A program made the translations under genes and the position numbers. A model generated the notes under the pieces. The model saw only the letters and a list, made by a program, of their open reading frames with translations. It was not told where the DNA came from and ran no database searches. Below are positions 1 to 8,215 of a stretch of DNA of 49,727 nt, one piece after another. Origin of the DNA: Candidatus Latescibacterota bacterium (lineage in GTDB: Bacteria > JAAXHH01 > JACQVL01); assembly GCA_016209865.1 (NCBI GenBank), contig JACQVL010000258.1, positions 1 to 49,727 of the forward strand. The letters run 5' to 3'. How positions within the stretch are numbered: the first letter of the stretch is position 1; every line of letters begins with the position of its first letter.

Positions 1-62
<62 letters not shown>

Positions 63-72
63 GTCAAGAGCG

Positions 73-188
73 GGGGTCAGAGGTCAGGATTCAGGGGTCA
101 GCAAGAGAAAAACCCGCCCTTTCTGTTCTACGTGTCTGTGAGGTATTTCCGAATCGTTTCTGACCCCTGACCCCTGATTCCTGATCCC
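73..188. repeat. Inverted pair of heptamer arrays, (GGGGTCA)x4 at 73-100 and (TGACCCC)x4 at 161-188, between the tRNA-Lys genes
   Basis: ggggtca gaggtca ggattca ggggtca, then tgacccc tgacccc tgattcc tgatccc. Confidence 0.9.
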
Positions 189-197
189 TGCCTTTCA

Positions 198-270
198 TGA
201 GGGCGGAAGGAGTCGAACCTTCGACCACCTGATTAAAAGTCAGGTGCTCTACCAACTGAGCTACGCCCCC
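198..270 (-). tRNA. tRNA-Lys(UUU), CCA not encoded
   Basis: GGGGGCG-TA-GCTCAGTTGGTAGAGC-A-CCTGA-CT TTT AA-TCAGG-TGGTC-GAAGG-TTCGACT-CCTTC-CGCCCTC-A. Confidence 0.97.
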
Positions 271-320
271 GCGGGCGATGGCATGTCACGTACACGGTCC
301 GCCCACCCGCGTAGCGTTAC

Positions 321-349
321 AAAATACACATCCGTCTCGTTTTCGTCAA
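321..349 (-). promoter_or_regulatory. Putative sigma70-type promoter for the tRNA-Lys pair
   Basis: TTGACG-N17-TATTTT on the minus strand. Confidence 0.55.
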
Positions 350-392
350 CTAAAAAGATCGCACAACATCCTTTCGACTCACCGGCCACCGA

Positions 393-1670
393 TCAGACGA
401 AAATCGTCTCGTCCCGGCGCGACCCCACCGATACGATGGCGATGTCCGCCCCGGCCAGCTCGGCGATCCGTGACAAATATTCGCGGGCCCGCTGCGGCAG
501 GTCATCCCAGGTCCGCGCGTGGCGGGTCGGCTGGCCCCACCCTTCCATATCCTCGTAGATCGGCTCACACCGGGCCAAGAGGTTGGCATCGCTGGGCAGG
601 TGTTTCAGCGCCTTGTTCCCGTCGCGGTAGCCGACGCAGATTCGGAGGTGCGCCAGTTCATCAAGGGTATCCAGACGGGTGATGGCCAGGGTGCTGATGC
701 CGTTGACCCGGACGGCGTACTTGACGATCATCGCGTCGAACCAGCCGCATCGTCGGGGCCGGCCGGTCGTCGCCCCGAATTCGTTCGCCGCCCGCCGGAA
801 TTCGTCCCCCCATTTGGCCGGGAATTCCGTCGGGAACGGCCCGTTCCCGACCCGCGAGGTGTACGCCTTCACCACCCCGATGACCTCGTCGATCCTGGTC
901 GGCCCGACGCCCACCCCGGTACATGCCCCGCCCGACGTCGTGTTGGAGGAGGTCAGGTACGGGTACGTCCCGTGATCGACGTCGAGCAGCGTCCCCTGTC
1001 CGCCCTCGAACAGGACGTGCTTGCCCGCGTCGATCGCATCGTTGACGAGGACGGAGGTGTCGGTCACGAACGCGTCGATCTGCTTGTCGAATTCCAGGTA
1101 CTCCGCGATGATGCGGTCCGCATCGAGCGTCTCTTTGTGATAGACCGCTTCGAGGACTTTGTTGACTTCGCGGATGTTCCGGGTGAGCTTCGCGCAGAGC
1201 ACCTCGCGGTCGAGCAGGTCGACGATCCGAATGCCCCGCCGCGCGACTTTATCGACGTATGCCGGGCCGATCCCCCGTCCCGTCGTGCCGATCCGCTCCC
1301 CAGCCTCCAGGCCCTCCTCGCTCATCCGGTCGAGCAGCTTGTGGTACGGCATGATCAGGTGCGCGTTCTGGCTGATGAACAGCCGGCCGGTCACGTCGAT
1401 CCCTTTCGACCGGAGCATCGTGATCTCGTCCATCAACGCCGCCGGGTCGATGACCAGGCCGTTCCCGATCACGCAGACCTTCCCCGGCCGCAGGATGCCG
1501 CACGGGAGGAGGTGGAGGATGAACTCCTGATCGCCGACGAGCACGGTGTGACCGGCGTTCGCCCCGCCCTGGTATCGGACGACAACGTCCGCCTCCTCGC
1601 TCAGATAATCGACGATCTTCCCTTTGCCCTCATCCCCCCACTGGGCACCCACGACAACACGCACGGACAT
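393..1670 (-). CDS. purA: Adenylosuccinate synthetase
   Basis: GAQWGDEGKGK, GGANAGHT, GTYPYLTSS and GATTGRPRRCGWFD motifs; 425 aa. Confidence 0.99.
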   Translation of the reverse strand: MSVRVVVGAQWGDEGKGKIVDYLSEEADVVVRYQGGANAGHTVLVGDQEFILHLLPCGILRPGKVCVIGNGLVIDPAALMDEITMLRSKGIDVTGRLFISQNAHLIMPYHKLLDRMSEEGLEAGERIGTTGRGIGPAYVDKVARRGIRIVDLLDREVLCAKLTRNIREVNKVLEAVYHKETLDADRIIAEYLEFDKQIDAFVTDTSVLVNDAIDAGKHVLFEGGQGTLLDVDHGTYPYLTSSNTTSGGACTGVGVGPTRIDEVIGVVKAYTSRVGNGPFPTEFPAKWGDEFRRAANEFGATTGRPRRCGWFDAMIVKYAVRVNGISTLAITRLDTLDELAHLRICVGYRDGNKALKHLPSDANLLARCEPIYEDMEGWGQPTRHARTWDDLPQRAREYLSRIAELAGADIAIVSVGSRRDETIFV

Positions 1671-1690
1671 GAAGAACTCCTGGAGTTCAG

Positions 1691-1725
1691 TGAAGAGTGA
1701 AGAATTAAGAGTGAAGAGTGAAAAG
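1691..1725. repeat. Heptamer array (TGAAGAG)x5 in the purA 5' leader
   Basis: tgaagag tgaagaa ttaagag tgaagag tgaaaag. Confidence 0.85.
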
Positions 1726-1747
1726 ATAAGATGGCGGACCGCCTGAC

Positions 1748-1776
1748 AAAGTATCGAACACGCAGGTCGGTGTCAA
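1748..1776 (-). promoter_or_regulatory. Putative purA promoter
   Basis: TTGACA-N17-TACTTT on the minus strand. Confidence 0.6.
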
Positions 1777-1798
1777 GAGAAAAACCGGTGAAATCTTA

Positions 1799-1827
1799 TT
1801 GACAGGCTGGAATGTCGAGGTTATACT
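1799..1827 (+). promoter_or_regulatory. Near-consensus sigma70 promoter for the 733-aa gene
   Basis: TTGACA-N17-TATACT. Confidence 0.8.
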
Positions 1828-1875
1828 TGCCACGATCCTATCCGACGGTCATGCCCGCGTAAGCGACATAACAGG

Positions 1876-4077
1876 TTGTCTTTTCTATCGCCCATGACTC
1901 CAACCCGCATGCTCCTCCTCGATTACGCGCTCGCCACGCCCGAGATCAACGAAGGCATCGCGTACTACTTCGTCCAGGCGGGCTGTCAGGTCGATTATCG
2001 CCAGTTTTATCCGAATCTCATTCGGGATGACCTCACGCAGTATTCCATGATCGCCCTGTTCGCCGGCCGGACGCCCGCGTTCCCCAGCGGGATGATGTCG
2101 GTGCATGAAGTGGCAGTCGCCGCCGAGTTCGTCCGCAACGGCGGACTGCTCATCCTCGGACCGAACTTGGACGGCGGCGAAGGGGCGAACGAACGCCACC
2201 TGTTCAACCACCTGCTCGCCGACCTCGACGTCTCCATCCGCGTCTGCAACGACCAGGTGGAAGATGACGTCAACGGGTACGCCGCCTCGCTGTGGAACCG
2301 GCCGTTCTACCGCCCGGCCGCCGGGCATCCGATCAACGTGAACGCCGCCGGTCGGCTTGCGTTCGAACGCTCCACTTCCCTCGTCGCCGGCCCGGACGTG
2401 AACGTGCTCCTCACCTCGTTCGAGACCGCCCGGCCGCGTGGCGTCGTCCCGGTCATCGCCTTAGCGCGAGCGGGCAACGGCTTCGTCCTCGTCGCGGGCC
2501 GGTACCTGCTGAACGCGACCGGCATCTCGCTCCGCATCTCAGGCGAGCCCCTCGTCCATCCAGAATGGCTCGCAGAGACGCAGGTGTTCTTGCAGAATCT
2601 GGCTGGTTATCTCATCAGCCTGGTGCGTGGGACTACGGAATGGGTGATGGTCAACCCGCTCCCGCCCGCTGCTGTCGGCCCTGTCGGGTTGCCTGATTTC
2701 GACCTCGACCGCGCCCCGGTCCTCGACCATCTCCCCGACGGCATCCACGTCGAGACGTTCCAATTGAGGAGTGCGGACCACCCCCCTGGATTGCAGAATG
2801 ACAATCCAAAATCCAAAATCCAAAATCCAAAATTTTTTGCTGCGCTTAATGCTCACGACCCCGACCGCGCCGCCCACTACGACCTGCTCCCCGACGAACG
2901 GCTGTACGGCTGGATCAGGCGGGACGGCGTCCGGGCAAGCTGGGGGAGCACGGTCGACTGGGGCGCGGTCTGGAAAAACCGGGCGGAAGTCGAACGCGTC
3001 ACCGACGCGCTCAAGGCGTGCGGGGTGAACCTGTTCTGGGGGATCGCCAACTGCCAGGCAGCCGGCGGGACGGGGTTCACCGAGGAAGAGAAGGCGGCCG
3101 TACGGCAGCAGTGGGAGTGGACGGCAGCCGCGCTCGACGGGTCATCCGTCAAATGGTATCCCACCTTAGACTACCGGTACTTCCGCGATGAACAGACCCG
3201 GTGTTACGGCGCGCAGGGACAGAAACTCGACGCGGCGTCCCCGATCGACCTCTCGATCTGGCGGCACTGCTGGTATGACCCGATGCGAGCGATCGCGGAA
3301 TTCTCCCTGACGCACCCGTGCATCGGCGGGATCGCCATGGACCTGGAGCTGTACGGCCACCCGCCCGCATACAATTATTACACGGGCTACGGGTTCGAGG
3401 ATGAGTGTTTCTTTACGGTGCTCGAACGATGGGAAGGATGGGTGGATGATGGACTGCTCCGATCGGCGGCTGGATTGCAACTGCTCCAGCGGTTCGACTG
3501 GCTCCGCACGCACGGACTGCTGGAGTCATACTTCACCGTCCTGAGCGCCGAAGTCGAGCGGATATGCCGGACGATCCGGGATGACGTCTGGCGGGTCAAC
3601 CCCGACCTGCTGTTCGCGTCGTACATCTTTACCACTCCCTGCAACTGGTTCGACCTGGGCGTCTACCGGGGGTTCAGCGCCCCGGAGCGCCCACTCATCC
3701 TGATGACGTTCAACATCCGGTCCGCCCGCATGGTCGAGCATCTGCGGGCACGGAGGGTGTACTGCTATCATGCTTCCGTCGCGCTGTTGGGGATGATCAG
3801 GCGGGAGGAATACGAAACGGTGTTCACGAACGCCATGCGGTACGGTCACGGGTACTGGATGAACAACATCAACGCCGTCGTCTATCCGAGCCCACAATCG
3901 GTCGAATCCCCGGCTCGTCAGGGAATGTCAACTGAGGAGGCGGTGGCAGCGATTCGAGAGGCAAATGACAAGATCGGAGGTCACTATGCGTTCATGCATC
4001 AACGGGGCGACAACGATGCCCTATTCGCTGGAAGAAGACCTGGCCGCCGCCGAGAAGGCCGGGTTCGAGGGGGTTGA
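1876..4077 (+). CDS. Uncharacterised two-domain protein (N-terminal GATase/DUF4350-like alpha/beta domain, C-terminal glycoside-hydrolase-like barrel); start may be ATG 1894 or 1909
   Basis: Long ORF behind a strong promoter; AEFVRNGGLLIL and ALARAGNGFVLVAG segments; GIAMDLELY resembles a GH-like strand. Function is inferred. Confidence 0.6.
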   Translation: MSFLSPMTPTRMLLLDYALATPEINEGIAYYFVQAGCQVDYRQFYPNLIRDDLTQYSMIALFAGRTPAFPSGMMSVHEVAVAAEFVRNGGLLILGPNLDGGEGANERHLFNHLLADLDVSIRVCNDQVEDDVNGYAASLWNRPFYRPAAGHPINVNAAGRLAFERSTSLVAGPDVNVLLTSFETARPRGVVPVIALARAGNGFVLVAGRYLLNATGISLRISGEPLVHPEWLAETQVFLQNLAGYLISLVRGTTEWVMVNPLPPAAVGPVGLPDFDLDRAPVLDHLPDGIHVETFQLRSADHPPGLQNDNPKSKIQNPKFFAALNAHDPDRAAHYDLLPDERLYGWIRRDGVRASWGSTVDWGAVWKNRAEVERVTDALKACGVNLFWGIANCQAAGGTGFTEEEKAAVRQQWEWTAAALDGSSVKWYPTLDYRYFRDEQTRCYGAQGQKLDAASPIDLSIWRHCWYDPMRAIAEFSLTHPCIGGIAMDLELYGHPPAYNYYTGYGFEDECFFTVLERWEGWVDDGLLRSAAGLQLLQRFDWLRTHGLLESYFTVLSAEVERICRTIRDDVWRVNPDLLFASYIFTTPCNWFDLGVYRGFSAPERPLILMTFNIRSARMVEHLRARRVYCYHASVALLGMIRREEYETVFTNAMRYGHGYWMNNINAVVYPSPQSVESPARQGMSTEEAVAAIREANDKIGGHYAFMHQRGDNDALFAGRRPGRRREGRVRGG
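2803..2830. repeat. Heptamer array (AATCCAA)x4 inside the CDS, encoding NPKSKIQNPK
   Basis: aatccaa aatccaa aatccaa aatccaa; an AT-rich island in a GC-rich gene. Confidence 0.95.
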
Positions 4078-4795
4078 AATCTGGGCTTCAAAGCTCAACA
4101 AGTACTTAGAGAGCCATACGGCCGATGACCTCAAGGCGCTCCTGGATCGTCATCATCTCAAGGCGGCGTCGATCTGTCCCTACGGCCTCGTCGGGTTCTC
4201 GGACAACCGGGGGCACATCATCGCCGTCCGGAAAGCGGCGGAGGTCGCGGGGACGATCGGCTGTCCGGTGCTCCTCGTCTGCCCGGACGTGCCGCCCGCC
4301 GGGATGGACCGCCAGGCTGCGTACGATGCCATGGCGAACGTCGCCTGCACGTATGCGGACGGGGCTGAGGAACACGGAGTCAAGATCGCCATCGAGCCGT
4401 TGGGCAACCATCCGTTCGTCCCCGGCTCGAACGAAGCCTTAGAGATCATCAACCGGGCGGAGCACGATGCGCTCGGCCTGATGATCGATACGTTCCACTA
4501 CTACAAATCGGGCGTTTCGATGGACGACATCCGGGCGATCCCGGTCGAGAAACTCCTCATCCTCCACGTGAACGACTGCGAGAACCTGCCCCGCCAGCAA
4601 CTCACCGACAAGCATCGGCTCCACATGGGCGAAGGGGTCATCCCGCTCAAGGAGATGCTGGGCATCGTGAAGGAGAAGGGGTACGACGGGTATCTGTCGG
4701 TGGAGATCTTCCGGGATGCCTACTGGCAGCAGGACCCGGTGACGGTCTCGATCGACGCGAAACGGGCGCTCGACCGGGTGTTGGCAACGTTGTAG
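3986..4795 (+). CDS. Sugar phosphate isomerase/epimerase (xylose-isomerase-like TIM barrel, IolI-like)
   Basis: GGAGG RBS before ATG 3986; GFEGVEIW, IAIEPL, LMIDTFH, LHVNDC, GEGVIPL and YLSVEIF metal-ligand pattern. Confidence 0.85.
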   Translation: MRSCINGATTMPYSLEEDLAAAEKAGFEGVEIWASKLNKYLESHTADDLKALLDRHHLKAASICPYGLVGFSDNRGHIIAVRKAAEVAGTIGCPVLLVCPDVPPAGMDRQAAYDAMANVACTYADGAEEHGVKIAIEPLGNHPFVPGSNEALEIINRAEHDALGLMIDTFHYYKSGVSMDDIRAIPVEKLLILHVNDCENLPRQQLTDKHRLHMGEGVIPLKEMLGIVKEKGYDGYLSVEIFRDAYWQQDPVTVSIDAKRALDRVLATL

Positions 4796-4849
4796 GGTCG
4801 ATCCTTGTGATCGCCCCCTGGATAGGGCGAATACAAGATTCGCCCCTAC
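4792..4849. repeat. GTAG-type REP doublet between convergent genes
   Basis: GTAGggtcgatccttgtgatcgccc ... gggcgaatacaagattcgcccCTAC; two hairpins with GTAG/CTAC ends. Confidence 0.85.
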
Positions 4850-6138
4850 GCCATTGCCCGTCGTGTCAACATCCACAACATCCCTGCTAACACGGCATAC
4901 GACAATACCGTCGCGTACGCCGCTCCCATCATCCCCAGCATCGGGATCATCAGGTAATTCCCCGCGATATTCACCCCCGCCGCGATGAGCGTGGCGACGG
5001 GCACAATCCCCGACCGTCCCCGTAGGTACACCCCCGCCATCACCCCTTCCGCGATCCCGCTCAGGATGTAGGCTAACATCACGGGCGGGATCACCCGCGC
5101 TCCGGCCCGGTACTCCACCCCGATGACCGGTCTGCCGAGGAGCCGCACGCTGACGATCTGCTCGCCGAACAGGACGAACGTCAGCCACAGCAGGCCCGCG
5201 ACCCCGGCGAAGGCGAGGATGGCGCTGGTCGTCACCGTCTGCGCGTCGTCACGCTTCGCCGTCTCCAGTACGAACGGCGCCCAGGCGTACTCGAACGCCT
5301 TGGCGAGGAGTCCCATCCCCATCGCGATCTTGTACCCCGCGCTGTACACGCCGACCGCCGCGAGACCCATCAGACGCTCTAAAATGACCCGGTCGATCAG
5401 GTCGATGGCGACCGTCGCCAGCCCGGCGACGACGAACGGCAGGCCGAACCGGAGCAGTCCGGCCGGGGCGAGCGGGCGATCCGTCACGCTCACGTACCGG
5501 CGAACGCTCATCGTCACGATCCCTGTGTTCAACGCAGAGGCGATCAGCATCGCCATGAAGATCGCTTCAACTCCGCGCCGTTCGATGAGAATCAGGTAGA
5601 CGGTCAGTCCGGCGTGGACGACCGTGTTGATGAACGTGCAGAAGACAAACCGGCCGGCCCGTCCTTCTGCTCTGAGGATGGTGTACGGCAGGAGCGTCAA
5701 CGTGTCGCAGACAAGAACGCCGGCCGCCAGTCGGATCAGACTTACATGATCTGTCAGTCCGACGAACGGCGCGATCGACTCCGCAGACGTGATGAGGATG
5801 GTGGAAAGGATGAGCGCCACGCCGACGAGCGTGAGCGTCGCCCCGCTGAACATCCGCCGCCGGTCCGCATCCTCATGGAGGGCGAAATACCGGAGGAACG
5901 CGGGACTGAATCCGAGCGCGTAGACGACATGCCCGAAGCCGAGCACGGTCAGCGTCAACGCGACCGCGCCGTACTCGGCGGGGGTAAACCGGTTGGTGTA
6001 GAGGGGGAGGAGGAGGAAATCGATCGTGCGGTTGAGGATGAGGCCGAGGCCGTAGATGGCGGAGTGACGGAGGAGACGATGCGTTGACGATTTTGGGTTT
6101 TGGATTTTGGATTTTGGGTTGTTCATGACATAGAGCAT
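4846..6138 (-). CDS. Oligosaccharide flippase / polysaccharide biosynthesis protein (Wzx/MOP family)
   Basis: About 12 hydrophobic segments; LLLPLYT..FTPAEYG, DRVILERL..VGVYSAGYKI and GMMGAAYAT patterns. Confidence 0.85.
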   Translation of the reverse strand: MLYVMNNPKSKIQNPKSSTHRLLRHSAIYGLGLILNRTIDFLLLPLYTNRFTPAEYGAVALTLTVLGFGHVVYALGFSPAFLRYFALHEDADRRRMFSGATLTLVGVALILSTILITSAESIAPFVGLTDHVSLIRLAAGVLVCDTLTLLPYTILRAEGRAGRFVFCTFINTVVHAGLTVYLILIERRGVEAIFMAMLIASALNTGIVTMSVRRYVSVTDRPLAPAGLLRFGLPFVVAGLATVAIDLIDRVILERLMGLAAVGVYSAGYKIAMGMGLLAKAFEYAWAPFVLETAKRDDAQTVTTSAILAFAGVAGLLWLTFVLFGEQIVSVRLLGRPVIGVEYRAGARVIPPVMLAYILSGIAEGVMAGVYLRGRSGIVPVATLIAAGVNIAGNYLMIPMLGMMGAAYATVLSYAVLAGMLWMLTRRAMA

Positions 6139-6199
6139 TCAGAGGCAGCGGACGAGCCGCCGATTCTTAATCCAAAATCTAAAATCCAAAATCTAAAAT
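6090..6199. repeat. Inverted pair of heptamer arrays, (ATTTTGG)x4 at 6090-6117 and (AATCYAA)x4 at 6169-6196
   Basis: Read directly. The left array lies in the flippase N-terminus; the right array contains the gcvPB stop codon. Confidence 0.9.
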
Positions 6200-7695
6200 G
6201 CTTTCCTGTACCGCACGTCCGGGTTGCGGGCCGCAGTCGTCTCGTCTAACCGGCTGACGGGTGTGGTGTGCGGCGCGTCCTTGACTTTCTCCGGTTCCGT
6301 CTCGATCTCGCGCGCGATCGTCAGCATCGCGTCGATGAAGCTGTCGAGCGACTCCTTGCTCTCCGTCTCCGTCGGCTCGATCATGATGGCTTCGGGCACG
6401 ATCAGCGGGAAATAGATCGTCGGCGCGTAGAACCCGAAATCGAGCAGCCGCTTGGCGATGTCGAGGGTTCGGACCCCGTTGTCCTTGAACCGGGTGCCGG
6501 ACGCGACGAACTCGTGCTGGCAGGGAATTTCGGCGGGCAACGGCACCTCGCGCGGATGGCCGGATTGCACGTCGTGTACGGTGAGCGTCCGGGGGTAGTG
6601 GTGTTCGAGCCGTCGCAGCAAGTAATTCGCGTTCAGGATGGCGTTCTCGCTGACCTGGCGCAGCCCGTCCGGGCCGTGCGTCCGGATGTAGGCGTACGCC
6701 CGCACCATCATGCCGAAGCTACAGTAGAAGCTCCGAACCCGGCCGATGGAATGGGGACGGTCGTAGTCGAACGCGTACCGGTCGCCATCTTTGCAGGCCA
6801 CCGGGATGGGGAGAAAATCGACGAGCGCGCCTCTCACGCCGACCGGACCGGCGCCAGGACCGCCGCCGCCGTGCGGGGTGGAGAACGTCTTGTGGAGGTT
6901 GAAGTGGACGACATCGAACCCCATATCTCCCGGCCGGGTGATGCCTAAGATGGCGTTGAAGTTCGCCCCGTCCATGTATAGGAGCGCCCCGGCGTCATGC
7001 ACGATCCGGGCGATCTCGCGGATGTCCGACTCAAACAGCCCCAGGGTATTGGGGTTGGTCAGCATGAACGCGGCCACCTCGTCGTCCATCACTGCCGCGA
7101 GCCGCTTCGTATCGACCAGGCCGCGTTCGTTCGTCTGAATCTGCACCGCCTCGTACCCGACTAAGGTGACGCTCGCCGGGTTCGTCCCGTGGGCGGAGTC
7201 GGGGATGATGACTTTCCGTCGTGGGCGGCCCTGCCGTTCGTGGTACGCCCGCATCATCATCAGGCCGGTCAACTCGCCGTGCGCCCCCGCCGCGGGCTGG
7301 AGGGTGACCGCGTCCATCCCGGCGATCTCGGCCAGGTACGCGCTCAACTCGTACAGCAACCGGATCGCCCCCTGGCAGGTGCTGTCCGGTTGGAGCGGGT
7401 GGACCCGGGCGAATCCGGGCAAGGCGGCCACATCCTCGTTCAGCCTGGGGTTGTGTTTCATCGTGCAGGAGCCTAACGGGTACATCGCCCGGTCGGGATG
7501 GTAGTTCAGCGACGACAGCCGGGTGAAGTGGCGGACGACGTCCACTTCGCTCACCTCGGGCAATTCTGGGGGAGCATTCCGCAGAGCCTCAGCCGGGAGG
7601 AGCGATTCGATCGGCTTGACGGGCACGTCGGGGTTCGGCATGGAATAGCCTCGCCGGCCGGGGGAACTCAATTCGAAGATGAGAGGCTCGGGCAC
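6193..7695 (-). CDS. gcvPB: Glycine dehydrogenase (decarboxylating) subunit 2
   Basis: [43 protein letters not shown] (PLP lysine) and EPTETES. Confidence 0.97.
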   Translation of the reverse strand: MPEPLIFELSSPGRRGYSMPNPDVPVKPIESLLPAEALRNAPPELPEVSEVDVVRHFTRLSSLNYHPDRAMYPLGSCTMKHNPRLNEDVAALPGFARVHPLQPDSTCQGAIRLLYELSAYLAEIAGMDAVTLQPAAGAHGELTGLMMMRAYHERQGRPRRKVIIPDSAHGTNPASVTLVGYEAVQIQTNERGLVDTKRLAAVMDDEVAAFMLTNPNTLGLFESDIREIARIVHDAGALLYMDGANFNAILGITRPGDMGFDVVHFNLHKTFSTPHGGGGPGAGPVGVRGALVDFLPIPVACKDGDRYAFDYDRPHSIGRVRSFYCSFGMMVRAYAYIRTHGPDGLRQVSENAILNANYLLRRLEHHYPRTLTVHDVQSGHPREVPLPAEIPCQHEFVASGTRFKDNGVRTLDIAKRLLDFGFYAPTIYFPLIVPEAIMIEPTETESKESLDSFIDAMLTIAREIETEPEKVKDAPHTTPVSRLDETTAARNPDVRYRKAF

Positions 7696-7742
7696 ATCAA
7701 CATCCTTTCATAAGTCGCAGGAATGGGTGCGCATGGGGACTC

Positions 7743-8099
7743 CTATCGTTCCAGGATGAACTCATAACCGAACGCGTACGTCCGCGATTCATCGAGCAGC
7801 AAGGCCAGGTTGGGGAACTGGATGACCCGCCAGCCGTCGTTGATCGCGTCCAGCACCCGCTTGTACGGCCACTCGGCGGGATCGGACGGGCCGTCGGAGA
7901 TCGTCCCGTCCTCGACGATCGACATCCCGATGACCGAAGCGCCCACCGAGCTGTTGCTCGCCTGCAGGTACAGCAGGTTTTGTCGCTTCGGCTTGAGGAA
8001 CGGCTCGACGAGCGCACGCAGGGCAGGCTCGGTCAGTGTCCCCGTTTTGAGCTGCTCGACACAGCCTTCCAGGCGTTGTTGGAGGTCAGAGGTCGTCAT
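7743..8099 (-). CDS. Hypothetical protein (118 aa) between gcvPA and gcvPB
   Basis: AGGAG upstream of the ATG; protein-like sequence (RQNLLYL...WPYKRVLDAINDGWRVIQFP...YEFILER). Confidence 0.75.
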   Translation of the reverse strand: MTTSDLQQRLEGCVEQLKTGTLTEPALRALVEPFLKPKRQNLLYLQASNSSVGASVIGMSIVEDGTISDGPSDPAEWPYKRVLDAINDGWRVIQFPNLALLLDESRTYAFGYEFILER

Positions 8100-8148
8100 A
8101 GGGAATGATCGCTCCTGGTGAGAGATGACCTATCGAGAGAGAATCGTT

Positions 8149-8199
8149 GTAGGGGCGAGGCGGTGCCTCGCCCTGGGCGACCCACCGGGTCGTCCCTAC
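8149..8199. repeat. GTAG-type REP doublet
   Basis: GTAGgggcgaggcggtgcctcgccctgggcgacccaccgggtcgtccCTAC. Confidence 0.85.
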
Positions 8200-8215
8200 A
8201 GTCCATTCGCCTTCA

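Noticed and set aside
519-1700. Long antisense ORFs (for example 519-1700, 24511-25437, 29088-30227, 30154-31236, 39174-40502, 47354-48313)
   Set aside because: They are shadows of well-supported opposite-strand genes, expected in GC-rich DNA, and have no recognisable motifs.
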